Assembly (NCBI GenBank): GCA_029210695.1
Contig: JARGFH010000038.1
Span: forward strand, 1-36,648
Origin: Acidimicrobiia bacterium
GTDB lineage: Bacteria > Actinomycetota > Acidimicrobiia > Spongiisociales > JAHEDJ01
Length of the DNA stretch: 36,648 nucleotides
Reading direction: 5' to 3'
Shown here: piece after piece, positions 17,490 through 26,013 of the stretch
Layout of the letters: the number at the start of each line of letters is the position of its first letter
How positions within the stretch are numbered: position 1 is the stretch's first letter
Made by a program: the position numbers and the translations under genes
Notes under the pieces: generated by a model
What the model was told of the DNA's origin: nothing
Database searches by the model: none
The model's input: only the letters and a program-made list of their open reading frames with translations

Positions 17490-20400
17490 CTAGCGAGCGA
17501 TGAAGTACTTTGCCTGCGGGTGATGGCAGATGATGGCCGAGGTCGTCTGTTCGGGTTGGTATTGCCATCCGGTTTCTTCACCGACCGATACACCGATTCG
17601 GTCGGCGCCGAGGAGGTCGGCGACAGTCTCATTGTCCTCGAGTTCCGGACAGGCCGGATAGCCCCACGAGTAGCGACCGCCGCGATACTTCTGACGAAAC
17701 AGTCCGGCCAGTGACGGCCCGTCCTGGTCGGCGAAGCCCCATTCCGTGCGGATGCGGTGATGCCAGTATTCGGCTAGAGCTTCGGCCATTTCCACCGCCA
17801 GACCGTGCAGATAGAGGTAGTCCTCGTAGTGGTGGCCTGCGAACAGCTCGGCCGCCCGTTCCGACGCTTGCTCGCCGACTGTGACGATGTGAAAGGCGGC
17901 GTAGTCGGCTCCGGTACCGATCGGTCGATGGAAGTCGGCAATACACAAGAACGGACTGCTTGCCTGGCGTGGGAATGTGAACCTCTTGACCTCGCGACTT
18001 CGCTCTTCGTCGGACCACACGACCAGGTCGTTGCCGTCGGCATTGACCGGGAAGTAGCCGTAGACGACCTGCGGGACCAGCAATCCGTCGCGCTTCGCCC
18101 GATCGAACTGGTCGCGCAGCACCGGCCGGATCCGGTCCTTGAAATCGCCGTCCGGTTCTCCGGGTTCGGGGCGAAAGTGCCACTGATTGCGAAACAGCGC
18201 CGTCTCGTTGAGGTACGAAGCAACTTCGTCGAGGGGAATTCCTTTCACCACCCGGGAACCGGTGAAGGGCGGATCAAAAACGTGGTTGTCGCCGGCGACC
18301 TCGGGCGACCGGCTCGGGATCGCTGCTAGCGGTGCTTCCTTGGTCCGGCGCCGGGGCAACGGCCGGCCACCCGCTACGCGACCGAAGTCGGGGTCTGTCA
18401 GGTGGGTCTCGGCGGCGATGTCGTCCATCACTGCCAGCCCGGCGAAGGCGTCCTTCCCGTAGAACAGCGGACCCGGGTAGTGCTCACGCAGGTCACGTTC
18501 GACGTACGTCCGGGTCAGCGCGGCCCCGCCGAGAATGACGGGCAGGTGGGCCAACCCCCGGTCGGACAGTTCGATCAGGTTGTCACGCATGACCAGGGTG
18601 GACTTCACCAGCAGCCCGCTCATGCCGATGGCGTCTGCGTTCACCTCCAGCGCCTTCTCGATCATCTCGGTGATGCCGACCTTGATGCCGAGGTTGTGCA
18701 CCCGGTATCCGTTATTCGTGAGGATGATGTCGACGAGGTTCTTCCCGATATCGTGAACGTCACCCTTTACCGTCGCCAAAACGATCGACCCCCTGCCGGC
18801 ACCATCGGCCTTTTCCATGTGAGGTTCCAGATAGCCGACGGCTGCCTTCATCGTCTCTGCCGACTGGAGTACGAACGGCAACTGCATATCACCGGCGGCG
18901 AACAAGTCACCCACCCTTCTCATCCCCGCCAGGAGGATGTCGTTGATGATGGTGATGGCGGACCGACCGAGGAGGGCCTCTTTGAGGTCATTGGTGAGGC
19001 CATCGCGATCGCCCTCGACGATCCGGTGCTCGAGTCTCTGTTCAACCGACCTGCCGCCGCGATCCTCTCGTTCAACAGCCGTTGCCGTCGCGCCTGCGAA
19101 GAGTTCGAGGATTCGTTCGAGCGGGTCGTAGCCGTCGGATCGGCGGTCGTAGATGAGGTCGAGCGCCGCCTGCCGCTGGTCGTCCGGAATCCGGTGGAGG
19201 GGTATGACTCTGGCGGCGTGGAGGATGGCTCCGTCGAGACCCGCTTCGAGGGCTTCGTTGAGAAACACGGAGTTCAGTACATGCCGGGCCGCCGGCTTCA
19301 GCCCGAATGACACATTTGAGATACCGAGGCTGGTGAAGGTTCCGGGGAGTTCTTCTTTGATGCTCCGGATGGCATCGAGCGTGGCCATGGCATCCCGGCG
19401 CAGATCCTCGCCGCCGGTGGTCAGTGGAAACGTGAGCGGATCGAAGATGAGATCGCCGGGTTCGAGCCCGTGTCGTTCGATAGCCAGATCGTGGATGCGG
19501 TGAGCGATCCTCATCTTCCACTCCAGATCCCGGGCCTGTCCTTCCTCATCGATGAGGAGGCAAACCACCGCGGCGCCGTATTCGCGCGCCAGAGACATGA
19601 CCCGGTCGAATCGGGAACCAGGGCCGTCGCCGTCCTCCAGATTGGCGGAGTTGAGCACGGCCCGGCCACCGATCCATCGCAGGCCGGCCTCCATGACCTC
19701 CGGCTCGGTGGAATCCAGCACGAGCGGGACGCTGATCTGGGTCGAGAAACGGGAGGCCAGTTCGTCCATGTCGGCGACTCCATCCCGTGCGACGTAGTCG
19801 ACGCAGAGGTCTACGAGATGTGCACCCTCTTTGACCTGGTCCTTGCCGGTCTGGACGCAGCCGTCCCAGTCCTCTGCCAGGAGGGTCTCGCGGAATCGCT
19901 TGGACCCGTTGGCATTGGTCCGTTCGCCGATGATGAGAAACGATGTGTCCTGCCGGAAGGGCGTGAACGAGTAGGTCGAGGCGGCGCCGGGTTCATGGCG
20001 GGCCGTACGGGCGACCGGCTGCAGGTCGGCTACCGCGTCAACGACTGCCCGGAGATGCTCCGGAGTAGTGCCACAGCATCCACCGACGACGGACACTCCA
20101 AACTCGGAGACGAACCTCGTGTGATACTCGGCGAGTTCGGCGGGCGAGAGGTTGTAGCACATCTCTCCGTCCCGGACTTCAGGGAGGCCGGCGTTGGGGA
20201 TGACCGCAATCGGCATCCGCGCCCGCTCGGAGAGGTAGCGAATGTGCTCCGTCATTTCCGTAGGCCCGGTCGCGCAGTTGAGGCCGAAGACGTCGGGGCC
20301 CAGCGGGTCGATAGCTGCCAGGGCGGCCCCAATCTCGGTTCCGGGCAGCATGCGGCCGGTCGCCTCGATCGTGACCTGTGCCTGGATTGGAAGCTGAATC

Positions 20401-20945
20401 CCCGCGCTGTGCATCGCGAGGCGTACTCCGTTGATGGCTGCCTTCAGCCCGAGCAGGTCGAACTGAGTTTCGATGATGAAGAGGTCGGCCCCCCCTTCGA
20501 GCAAGCCGAGGGCTTGTTGTTCGTAGGCAGAGCGGAGATCGACGTAGCGGATCTGACCGAGGGTGGGGAACTTCGTGCCGGGGCCGATCGAGCCGGCAAC
20601 CCAGCGGCGCCGGTGCCGGGTCGAGAAGTCGTCGGCCACTTGCCTGGCCAGGCGGGCAGCTACGACGTTGATCTCATGGACGCGATCCTCGATGCCGTAT
20701 TCGGCCAACGGGACGGCAAAGGCGCCAAATGTGTTGGTCTCGATTACATCCACACCGACGTCGAGGTAGGAGGCGTGAATCTGTTGGACGAGATCGGGGC
20801 GAGTCAGGTTGAGGAGTTCGTTGCAGCCGTCGAGGTCGGGTCCACCGAAGTCGTCTTCAGTCAGCCCGGCCAGTTGGAGGGAGGTGCCCATCGCGCCGTC
20901 GTAGATGACGACTCTGGATCTCGTGGCTTCGACGTAGCTTCTCAC
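17490..20945 (-). CDS. metH: Cobalamin-dependent methionine synthase
   Basis: DGAMGT, GLNCATGP, GGCCGTTPEH, IGERTNANGS, GDVHDIGKNLV, MSGLL and RYSWGYPACP motifs; GTG start 20945 after GAGGA RBS. Confidence 0.97.
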   Translation of the reverse strand: MRSYVEATRSRVVIYDGAMGTSLQLAGLTEDDFGGPDLDGCNELLNLTRPDLVQQIHASYLDVGVDVIETNTFGAFAVPLAEYGIEDRVHEINVVAARLARQVADDFSTRHRRRWVAGSIGPGTKFPTLGQIRYVDLRSAYEQQALGLLEGGADLFIIETQFDLLGLKAAINGVRLAMHSAGIQLPIQAQVTIEATGRMLPGTEIGAALAAIDPLGPDVFGLNCATGPTEMTEHIRYLSERARMPIAVIPNAGLPEVRDGEMCYNLSPAELAEYHTRFVSEFGVSVVGGCCGTTPEHLRAVVDAVADLQPVARTARHEPGAASTYSFTPFRQDTSFLIIGERTNANGSKRFRETLLAEDWDGCVQTGKDQVKEGAHLVDLCVDYVARDGVADMDELASRFSTQISVPLVLDSTEPEVMEAGLRWIGGRAVLNSANLEDGDGPGSRFDRVMSLAREYGAAVVCLLIDEEGQARDLEWKMRIAHRIHDLAIERHGLEPGDLIFDPLTFPLTTGGEDLRRDAMATLDAIRSIKEELPGTFTSLGISNVSFGLKPAARHVLNSVFLNEALEAGLDGAILHAARVIPLHRIPDDQRQAALDLIYDRRSDGYDPLERILELFAGATATAVEREDRGGRSVEQRLEHRIVEGDRDGLTNDLKEALLGRSAITIINDILLAGMRRVGDLFAAGDMQLPFVLQSAETMKAAVGYLEPHMEKADGAGRGSIVLATVKGDVHDIGKNLVDIILTNNGYRVHNLGIKVGITEMIEKALEVNADAIGMSGLLVKSTLVMRDNLIELSDRGLAHLPVILGGAALTRTYVERDLREHYPGPLFYGKDAFAGLAVMDDIAAETHLTDPDFGRVAGGRPLPRRRTKEAPLAAIPSRSPEVAGDNHVFDPPFTGSRVVKGIPLDEVASYLNETALFRNQWHFRPEPGEPDGDFKDRIRPVLRDQFDRAKRDGLLVPQVVYGYFPVNADGNDLVVWSDEERSREVKRFTFPRQASSPFLCIADFHRPIGTGADYAAFHIVTVGEQASERAAELFAGHHYEDYLYLHGLAVEMAEALAEYWHHRIRTEWGFADQDGPSLAGLFRQKYRGGRYSWGYPACPELEDNETVADLLGADRIGVSVGEETGWQYQPEQTTSAIICHHPQAKYFIAR

Positions 20946-20988
20946 GGCGTTCCTCGCCTCCGGTTGTTCCAACGAGGAGCGTCTCCGC

Positions 20989-21080
20989 AACCCCATCGTG
21001 CAGGCGTTGGCACCGTGTCCCCGTTGGGCCGGTTGCCGCGGTCTCACAGGGCCTGATCCCTCCACCGCTCTTGATGAGTT
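20989..21080 (-). ncRNA. SAM-I riboswitch (S-box) upstream of metH
   Basis: Minus strand reads AACTCATCAAGAGCGGTGGAGGGATCAGGCCCTGTGAGACCGCGGCAACC...GGTGCCAACGCCTGCACGATGGGGTT, with hallmark ATCAAGAG, GAGGGA, GGCAACC and GGTGCCAA; P1 is AACTCATC/GATGGGGTT. Confidence 0.93.
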
Positions 21081-21086
21081 CGGTGA

Positions 21087-21092
21087 ATCCTA
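21087..21092 (-). promoter_or_regulatory. Putative -10 element for the metH leader
   Basis: TAGGAT (TAnnnT) 6 nt upstream of riboswitch P1. Confidence 0.5.
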
Positions 21093-21235
21093 ACGCCATT
21101 CCGGCTCCACCCGTCCGTTGAGGTGGGCAGATCGAAGATACCCCGCCCCTCGGCGCCCTCTCCTTTTGTGATGCACCTTCAAAGCGATGGGTTGCGCCAC
21201 TACGCTGTTGCGGAAGATAGGCGGGGAGACTGGCG

Positions 21236-21475
21236 ATGGCGATCGAAACACACGATAAGAAGCGTCACGGTGAGGTCGATGAGAAGAGGTTTGGCCGTGC
21301 GATTGCCACGAGCATCGTGGTCGGAACACCCCTGTCGATCATCTTCATCGTGCTGTCCATGTGGATCTTCACGGATTCAGACCTGACGAGGGCGTTCTCC
21401 GTTGGAATCTGGCCGGGGATCCTGACCGGAGTGTTCGGCGGTGGATTCGTAGGCGTCATCATCGGTTCGGACTAA
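21236..21475 (+). CDS. Small membrane protein (2 TM)
   Basis: GGGGAG RBS; two hydrophobic segments; stop 10 nt before the next gene. Confidence 0.7.
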   Translation: MAIETHDKKRHGEVDEKRFGRAIATSIVVGTPLSIIFIVLSMWIFTDSDLTRAFSVGIWPGILTGVFGGGFVGVIIGSD

Positions 21476-21485
21476 CACCCACCGT

Positions 21486-22100
21486 ATGGATGATGAGCGC
21501 GAGGTAGGTGTCGGACCGCATCCGCGGCCATGGCCCGATGATCCGCGACTCGATCCGGAGTTACTCGAGCACGGTGATCGCCGCAACGTCGTGGACGAGT
21601 ACCGCTACTGGCGCCATGAAGCCATCGTTGAGGATCTCGACGGTCGCCGGCATCCGTTTCATGTTGCGGTCGAGAACTGGGAGCACGATTTCAACATCGG
21701 ATCGGTGGTGCGAAACGCCAACGCATTCATGGCTTCCGCCGTGCACATCATCGGGAAGCGCAAGTGGAATCGGCGCGGTGCGATGGTCACCGATAGATAC
21801 CAACACATACTCCATCATCCGACGATCGAAGGTTTCGTAGCCTGGGCGGGTGAAGCCGGGCTGACGGTGGTCGGCATCGACAACTTGCCCGGTTCTGTGC
21901 CAATCGAAACGACTGAACTCCCGGCCGGGTGCGTTCTCCTCTTCGGCCAGGAGGGCCCTGGGTTGTCGGAGGGTGCCCGGTCTGCCGCCGCCATGGTTTG
22001 TTCGATCACTCAGTACGGCTCTACGAGGTCGATCAACGCCGGCGTCGCCTCGGGGATCGCCATGCACCACTGGATACTCCAGCACCGTTTCGGCCGCTAG
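21486..22100 (+). CDS. TrmH/SpoU family RNA methyltransferase
   Basis: ENWEHDFNIGSVVRNANAF, FGQEGPGLS and GSTRSINAGVASGIAM (SPOUT motifs). Confidence 0.92.
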   Translation: MDDEREVGVGPHPRPWPDDPRLDPELLEHGDRRNVVDEYRYWRHEAIVEDLDGRRHPFHVAVENWEHDFNIGSVVRNANAFMASAVHIIGKRKWNRRGAMVTDRYQHILHHPTIEGFVAWAGEAGLTVVGIDNLPGSVPIETTELPAGCVLLFGQEGPGLSEGARSAAAMVCSITQYGSTRSINAGVASGIAMHHWILQHRFGR

Positions 22101-22114
22101 AAACCCCATCCCAC

Positions 22115-22164
22115 TTTCTCCGCAATGCTGTGTACGAAAAACACACCATTGCATTGCGGAGAAA
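22115..22164. repeat. REP-like ~50-bp palindrome, copy 2 (opposite orientation)
   Basis: TTTCTCCGCAATGC-TGTGTACGAAAAACACACCATT-GCATTGCGGAGAAA; the spacer is the reverse complement of the copy 1 spacer with 2 mismatches. Confidence 0.9.
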
Positions 22165-22185
22165 ATGGTGTTGTAGGGTTTTGGG

Positions 22186-22644
22186 ATGGCATCGGTGTAT
22201 CAGATCAACATCAGCGGCGGAGGGGTCCCCAAGCTGCCGATCGACGAGGTAGACGTCGACATCAACGGCATCATCGGTGACGACCAGGCGAGCAAAGAGC
22301 ACCACGGAGGACCCGACCGGGCACTGTGTATTTTCTCGCTCGAGGTGATCGAGGCACTGCAGGCCGAAGGTCATCCGATCGCGCCCGGCTCGACGGGTGA
22401 GAACGTGACGATCGCCGGCCTGGACTGGGATCGGGTGGGGCCGGACACCAGGCTACGGATCGGACAAACGGTCGCTCAGATCACCAGCTTCACGTCGCCG
22501 TGCTGGAAGATCGTCGGTTCGTTCTCAGACCGTGACTCTGCCCGGATTAGCCAGGCGGAGTACCCCGGTTGGAGCCGCGTCTACGCCAGGGTGATCATCA
22601 GCGGAGCCATCCGGACGGGTGACGACGTCGAAGTGATCGACTAG
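22186..22644 (+). CDS. MOSC domain protein (YiiM-like)
   Basis: GVPK, GDDQ..HHGGPDRAL, GENVT, SPCWK and GAIRTGD motifs. Confidence 0.9.
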   Translation: MASVYQINISGGGVPKLPIDEVDVDINGIIGDDQASKEHHGGPDRALCIFSLEVIEALQAEGHPIAPGSTGENVTIAGLDWDRVGPDTRLRIGQTVAQITSFTSPCWKIVGSFSDRDSARISQAEYPGWSRVYARVIISGAIRTGDDVEVID

Positions 22645-22698
22645 ATACCGCCTCCTACCCGCTCTCAAAGGCTCCTGTTCAAAGCGATTCGCAGACGC

Positions 22699-23868
22699 CT
22701 ATGGGCCGGCAGCTGAGCGGTTCCGAAGATTCGCCCACCCAACGAGCCGCTTTGCTGCTTCGGTGATATCGGCGGTCGATTCCGCATACGAGAAGCGGAT
22801 GAAACGGTGACCCTGGGTTGGGTCGAAGTCGATTCCCGAGGTCGCCGCCACGCCGATCTCGTCGAGCCACTGCGCGCTGAGCGCCTGGGAATCGTCGGTC
22901 AGATGTGAAACGTCTGCGTACACGTAGAAGGCGCCGTCCGCCGGGGCGATCCGATCTATCCCGGCTCCGGCCAGGCCGCCAATGAGGATCCGGCGGTTCT
23001 CCGCGTAGCGGGCGACGTTGGCGTCGAGTTCCTCGGAGCAGTCGAAGGCGGCGATGCCGGCGAGTTGCGAAAGCGTCGGCGGCGAGATGAAGAGGTTCTG
23101 CGCAAGTCGCTCAACCGGCCGGATCATCTCCTCGGGTAACACGAGCCAGCCCAGCCGCCAGCCCGTCATCGAAAAGTATTTCGAGAAGCTCTGGACGACC
23201 ACCGCGTGGTCGGCCACGGCGATGACGGTTGGAGCCGGCGTGTCGCCGTATGTGATGCCGTGGTAGATCTCGTCGGCGATCATGCGGATTTCGTGTGTCT
23301 CACAGAAACCGGCGAGATCGGTGAGCTCGACCCCGGTGAGGATCGTGCCGGTGGGGTTCGAAGGAGAGGCCGTCACCAGCCCGTCGAGTGGCAGCAGCGG
23401 TTCGAGCAAATCCGGCGTTGGATTGAACCTGGTGTCCGGCCCCACCGGAAGTTCGACGACTTCGATGCCGAGGGCGCGCAGGATGTTCCGGTAGGCCGAG
23501 TAGCCGGGCTCGGTCATGGCCACACGGTCGCCTTCGTCGAATGCGGCCAGAACTGCCAGTACGAATCCGCCCGATGCCCCGACGGTCACCGCGATCCGGT
23601 CTTCGGCCACGTCGACTCCGTATCGATCGAGGTAGTGCCGGGTGATCCGTGTCCGTAGCTCGGGGACGCCGTGGGCGTCCGTGTAGCCCAGTCGATGGGA
23701 ACGCAGGGCTGCCTCGGCCGCGGCCAGCACTCCGCGCGGTGCGGGCGTCGACGGCTGACCCACCTCGAGGTGCAGCACTTCGCCGCCGGCAGCTTCCCGG
23801 CGCGCCGCCGCCTTCATGACCTCCATGACGTAGAACGGAGCAATGTCGGATCGGCGGGAGATCTTCAT
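22699..23868 (-). CDS. PLP-dependent aminotransferase class I/II
   Basis: HLEVGQP, SPSNPTG, DEIYHG, SFSKYFSMTGWRLGW and GAFY motifs; ATG 23868 overlaps the upstream stop (TGATG). Confidence 0.93.
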   Translation of the reverse strand: MKISRRSDIAPFYVMEVMKAAARREAAGGEVLHLEVGQPSTPAPRGVLAAAEAALRSHRLGYTDAHGVPELRTRITRHYLDRYGVDVAEDRIAVTVGASGGFVLAVLAAFDEGDRVAMTEPGYSAYRNILRALGIEVVELPVGPDTRFNPTPDLLEPLLPLDGLVTASPSNPTGTILTGVELTDLAGFCETHEIRMIADEIYHGITYGDTPAPTVIAVADHAVVVQSFSKYFSMTGWRLGWLVLPEEMIRPVERLAQNLFISPPTLSQLAGIAAFDCSEELDANVARYAENRRILIGGLAGAGIDRIAPADGAFYVYADVSHLTDDSQALSAQWLDEIGVAATSGIDFDPTQGHRFIRFSYAESTADITEAAKRLVGWANLRNRSAAGP

Positions 23869-24485
23869 CAGGGCGAGCGTAGCGAGCGAGCGTGTGCGGG
23901 TTCCAGCCACCGGCGCCGGGTCATGTAATACCTGGCCACCATCAAGGAGGAAGCAGCGGAGGAGAGGATCCCGAACATAACGATGGCCCGGTCCGAATAA
24001 GCGGCGCCGTACACCAGCCAGAGGAGACCTTCCACGAGAGTGAGCTGCCACGTCCCTGGACTGATTCCTTTGGGCGCCCAGGTCCTGAAGGCCGTCCACA
24101 GAGAAGGCGTCGCCTGCACTCCGAAGGAGACACCGAGCAGAACGCCCAATCCGGCCCAGCCGCCGATCACGCCGACGAGCGTGAGGATCAGCGCCCAGGA
24201 GGACCCGAGCATGACTGCCCGGGCGATGGGTCGTCCCGTCCAGGCGATCAGGCCGATCGTGAGCGTGTAGAAGAGCACCATCGAGGTGGTGGACGGAAGT
24301 GCCAGCCAGAGGTCCTGCGAGTACAGATATGCCGTCCATGCGGCGTTCGATACCATCCCGAGGCTCGCCCATGTAGTTGAGACCCCGTCGGCATTGCGCG
24401 TATTCCACAGTTTCATCACCTGAGGGACCAGCGTGACGAAGGCCAGCAGCGTTGCGAGGACGGCGGCCGAGTCGGCGATGAGCAT
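23868..24485 (-). CDS. PQ-loop (SWEET/SemiSWEET-like) membrane protein with two repeats
   Basis: LVPQVMKLWNTRNADGVS and a second repeat ATPSLWTAFRTWAPKGIS; about 7 TM; TACACT 6 nt before the ATG. Confidence 0.8.
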   Translation of the reverse strand: MLIADSAAVLATLLAFVTLVPQVMKLWNTRNADGVSTTWASLGMVSNAAWTAYLYSQDLWLALPSTTSMVLFYTLTIGLIAWTGRPIARAVMLGSSWALILTLVGVIGGWAGLGVLLGVSFGVQATPSLWTAFRTWAPKGISPGTWQLTLVEGLLWLVYGAAYSDRAIVMFGILSSAASSLMVARYYMTRRRWLEPAHARSLRSP

Positions 24486-24676
24486 CGGTGCAGTGTAGGG
24501 AGGGCCGGCGGGGCCGCTTCCATCGAAACGGTCTCCGGATCGAGGGTGGCCTAGATCGATCAGGCCTTTGGTGATCGTTTGGCCTCAACCCCGACACTAC
24601 CTGCGTGGGTCGACCAGGCCGGGTGACCGTCCGTTCCGTTTGGTGCGGGGAGGAACGACAAACCAGGAGGTGTTCT

Positions 24677-26011
24677 GTGAACCTAGCGAAGTCAAGCGAA
24701 GACCTCCATCGGCTTGTGGAGTCGGCGACCAGGTTCGGTATAGAAATGGACGAACAGGAGGCCCTGCGCTGGCTGATGGCGATGTCACTTGCCGAGGGTT
24801 CGACCGACATCGTCGTTGATGCCGGCTCGGGCGTGTTCGGGCATCGCATCTCTATGCTCGATTTCAGCCCGCATGATCTCGCCTACATCCGAACAGTGGA
24901 GACGATCGTCGAGATCCAGGACCGGGCCGGCGTAGAGACGGCCGTTGCGCTCTCCGGTTCCGCCGCCCAGTCGAAGATCCAGACGTTTCCCGGCGATTGT
25001 GACTTCTTTGAGCGGGTCAACATCCTGGCGGCCACCCGGCAGGAGGCCTGCGAGATCCTGGGGGACCTCGTGCTGCAGAAGGCGCTGTCGACCCTCGAAG
25101 GTGAGACTTATCGGCTCATAGAGGTCAAGTTCGGTGAGTATCCGGAGAGCCTTTGCCTGGGCGACCTGGAGCTTCCGGCGGGCTCGCTCATTTCCTGGGA
25201 TGTCGAAGCGCTTCGGGCCGGCGCCGTCTCGGCCTTCACTTCCGATGGCAGTCCGCGCGCCGTTACCTGGGCGGAGGCTGCCCGGCAACCGGGGTGGTGC
25301 AAGCTGGATTGGGTGGTAGCCGACCCGGTCAGAGGACACATCTCAAACGCCAGCAACATGCTCGATGCCACGTGGGAGTCACCGGACGGGGCGATCGTTC
25401 CGCTGGACGGCTACCTCGACCCCTACTTCCAGGAGGTCTACCTCGAGGCGGATTCGATACCGTTGTTCTCGAAGATCGTCAAGCAGGTCTCAACGGATGC
25501 GCTCGACACGTACGTGGGGGAGCTCGAAGCGCAAGTCCGCAAATACGTGGGCCACGAGCCGAAGAACTTTGGCAAAGCGGCCAAGCGGATGTACAACATC
25601 TTTCGACTGCAAGGGCGATATGAAGAGGCTTCGTTCCTCCGCGAGCTCTTCGACGAGCCTGCGACTGTCCTCTATCAGGTGTGGTCCCTACTCCGCAGTC
25701 TCGAGGAAGCCGCCGACCCCGGCTCTCCGATCGACCGCGATACGGTGCTGAGGCAGGCAGATGAGCTGATCCTCACCGTCGTCCGCACTCTCGAAGGCGA
25801 CGCGGAGGCTGCGATCGTCACCCACCTGTTACTCCTGCGCGACAGCATCAGCCGTGATAGAGACCTCGAAGGCAGGTCCGTCGCCGTCGCCTCGGCTCGG
25901 GAGGACCTCGTCCAACTCGTCAACGACTACTTCTACGATCGGATCACCGCAGTGCCGGCCCTGCGTGACTATGTGATGGACCTCGAATCGACCGTTCCGC
26001 CGGTCGGGTGA
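24677..26011 (+). CDS. Uncharacterised protein with Pol-beta-superfamily nucleotidyltransferase signature
   Basis: CAGGAGG RBS with GTG 24677; ALSGSAAQSKIQTFPGDCDFFE fits hG[GS]-x11-DhD; candidate third Asp in WCKLDWVV; helical C-terminal half. The CDS is secure; the function is inferred. Confidence 0.7.
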   Translation: MNLAKSSEDLHRLVESATRFGIEMDEQEALRWLMAMSLAEGSTDIVVDAGSGVFGHRISMLDFSPHDLAYIRTVETIVEIQDRAGVETAVALSGSAAQSKIQTFPGDCDFFERVNILAATRQEACEILGDLVLQKALSTLEGETYRLIEVKFGEYPESLCLGDLELPAGSLISWDVEALRAGAVSAFTSDGSPRAVTWAEAARQPGWCKLDWVVADPVRGHISNASNMLDATWESPDGAIVPLDGYLDPYFQEVYLEADSIPLFSKIVKQVSTDALDTYVGELEAQVRKYVGHEPKNFGKAAKRMYNIFRLQGRYEEASFLRELFDEPATVLYQVWSLLRSLEEAADPGSPIDRDTVLRQADELILTVVRTLEGDAEAAIVTHLLLLRDSISRDRDLEGRSVAVASAREDLVQLVNDYFYDRITAVPALRDYVMDLESTVPPVG

Positions 26012-26013
26012 AT

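Noticed and set aside
20946..21065. N-terminal extension of MetH to 21065
   Set aside because: This region is the SAM-I riboswitch and leader; the RBS supports GTG 20945.
22699..24849. 716-aa extended or fused aminotransferase
   Set aside because: Homology starts at MKISRRS (23868). The extension is low-quality Arg/Pro-rich sequence overlapping the PQ-loop gene in another frame.
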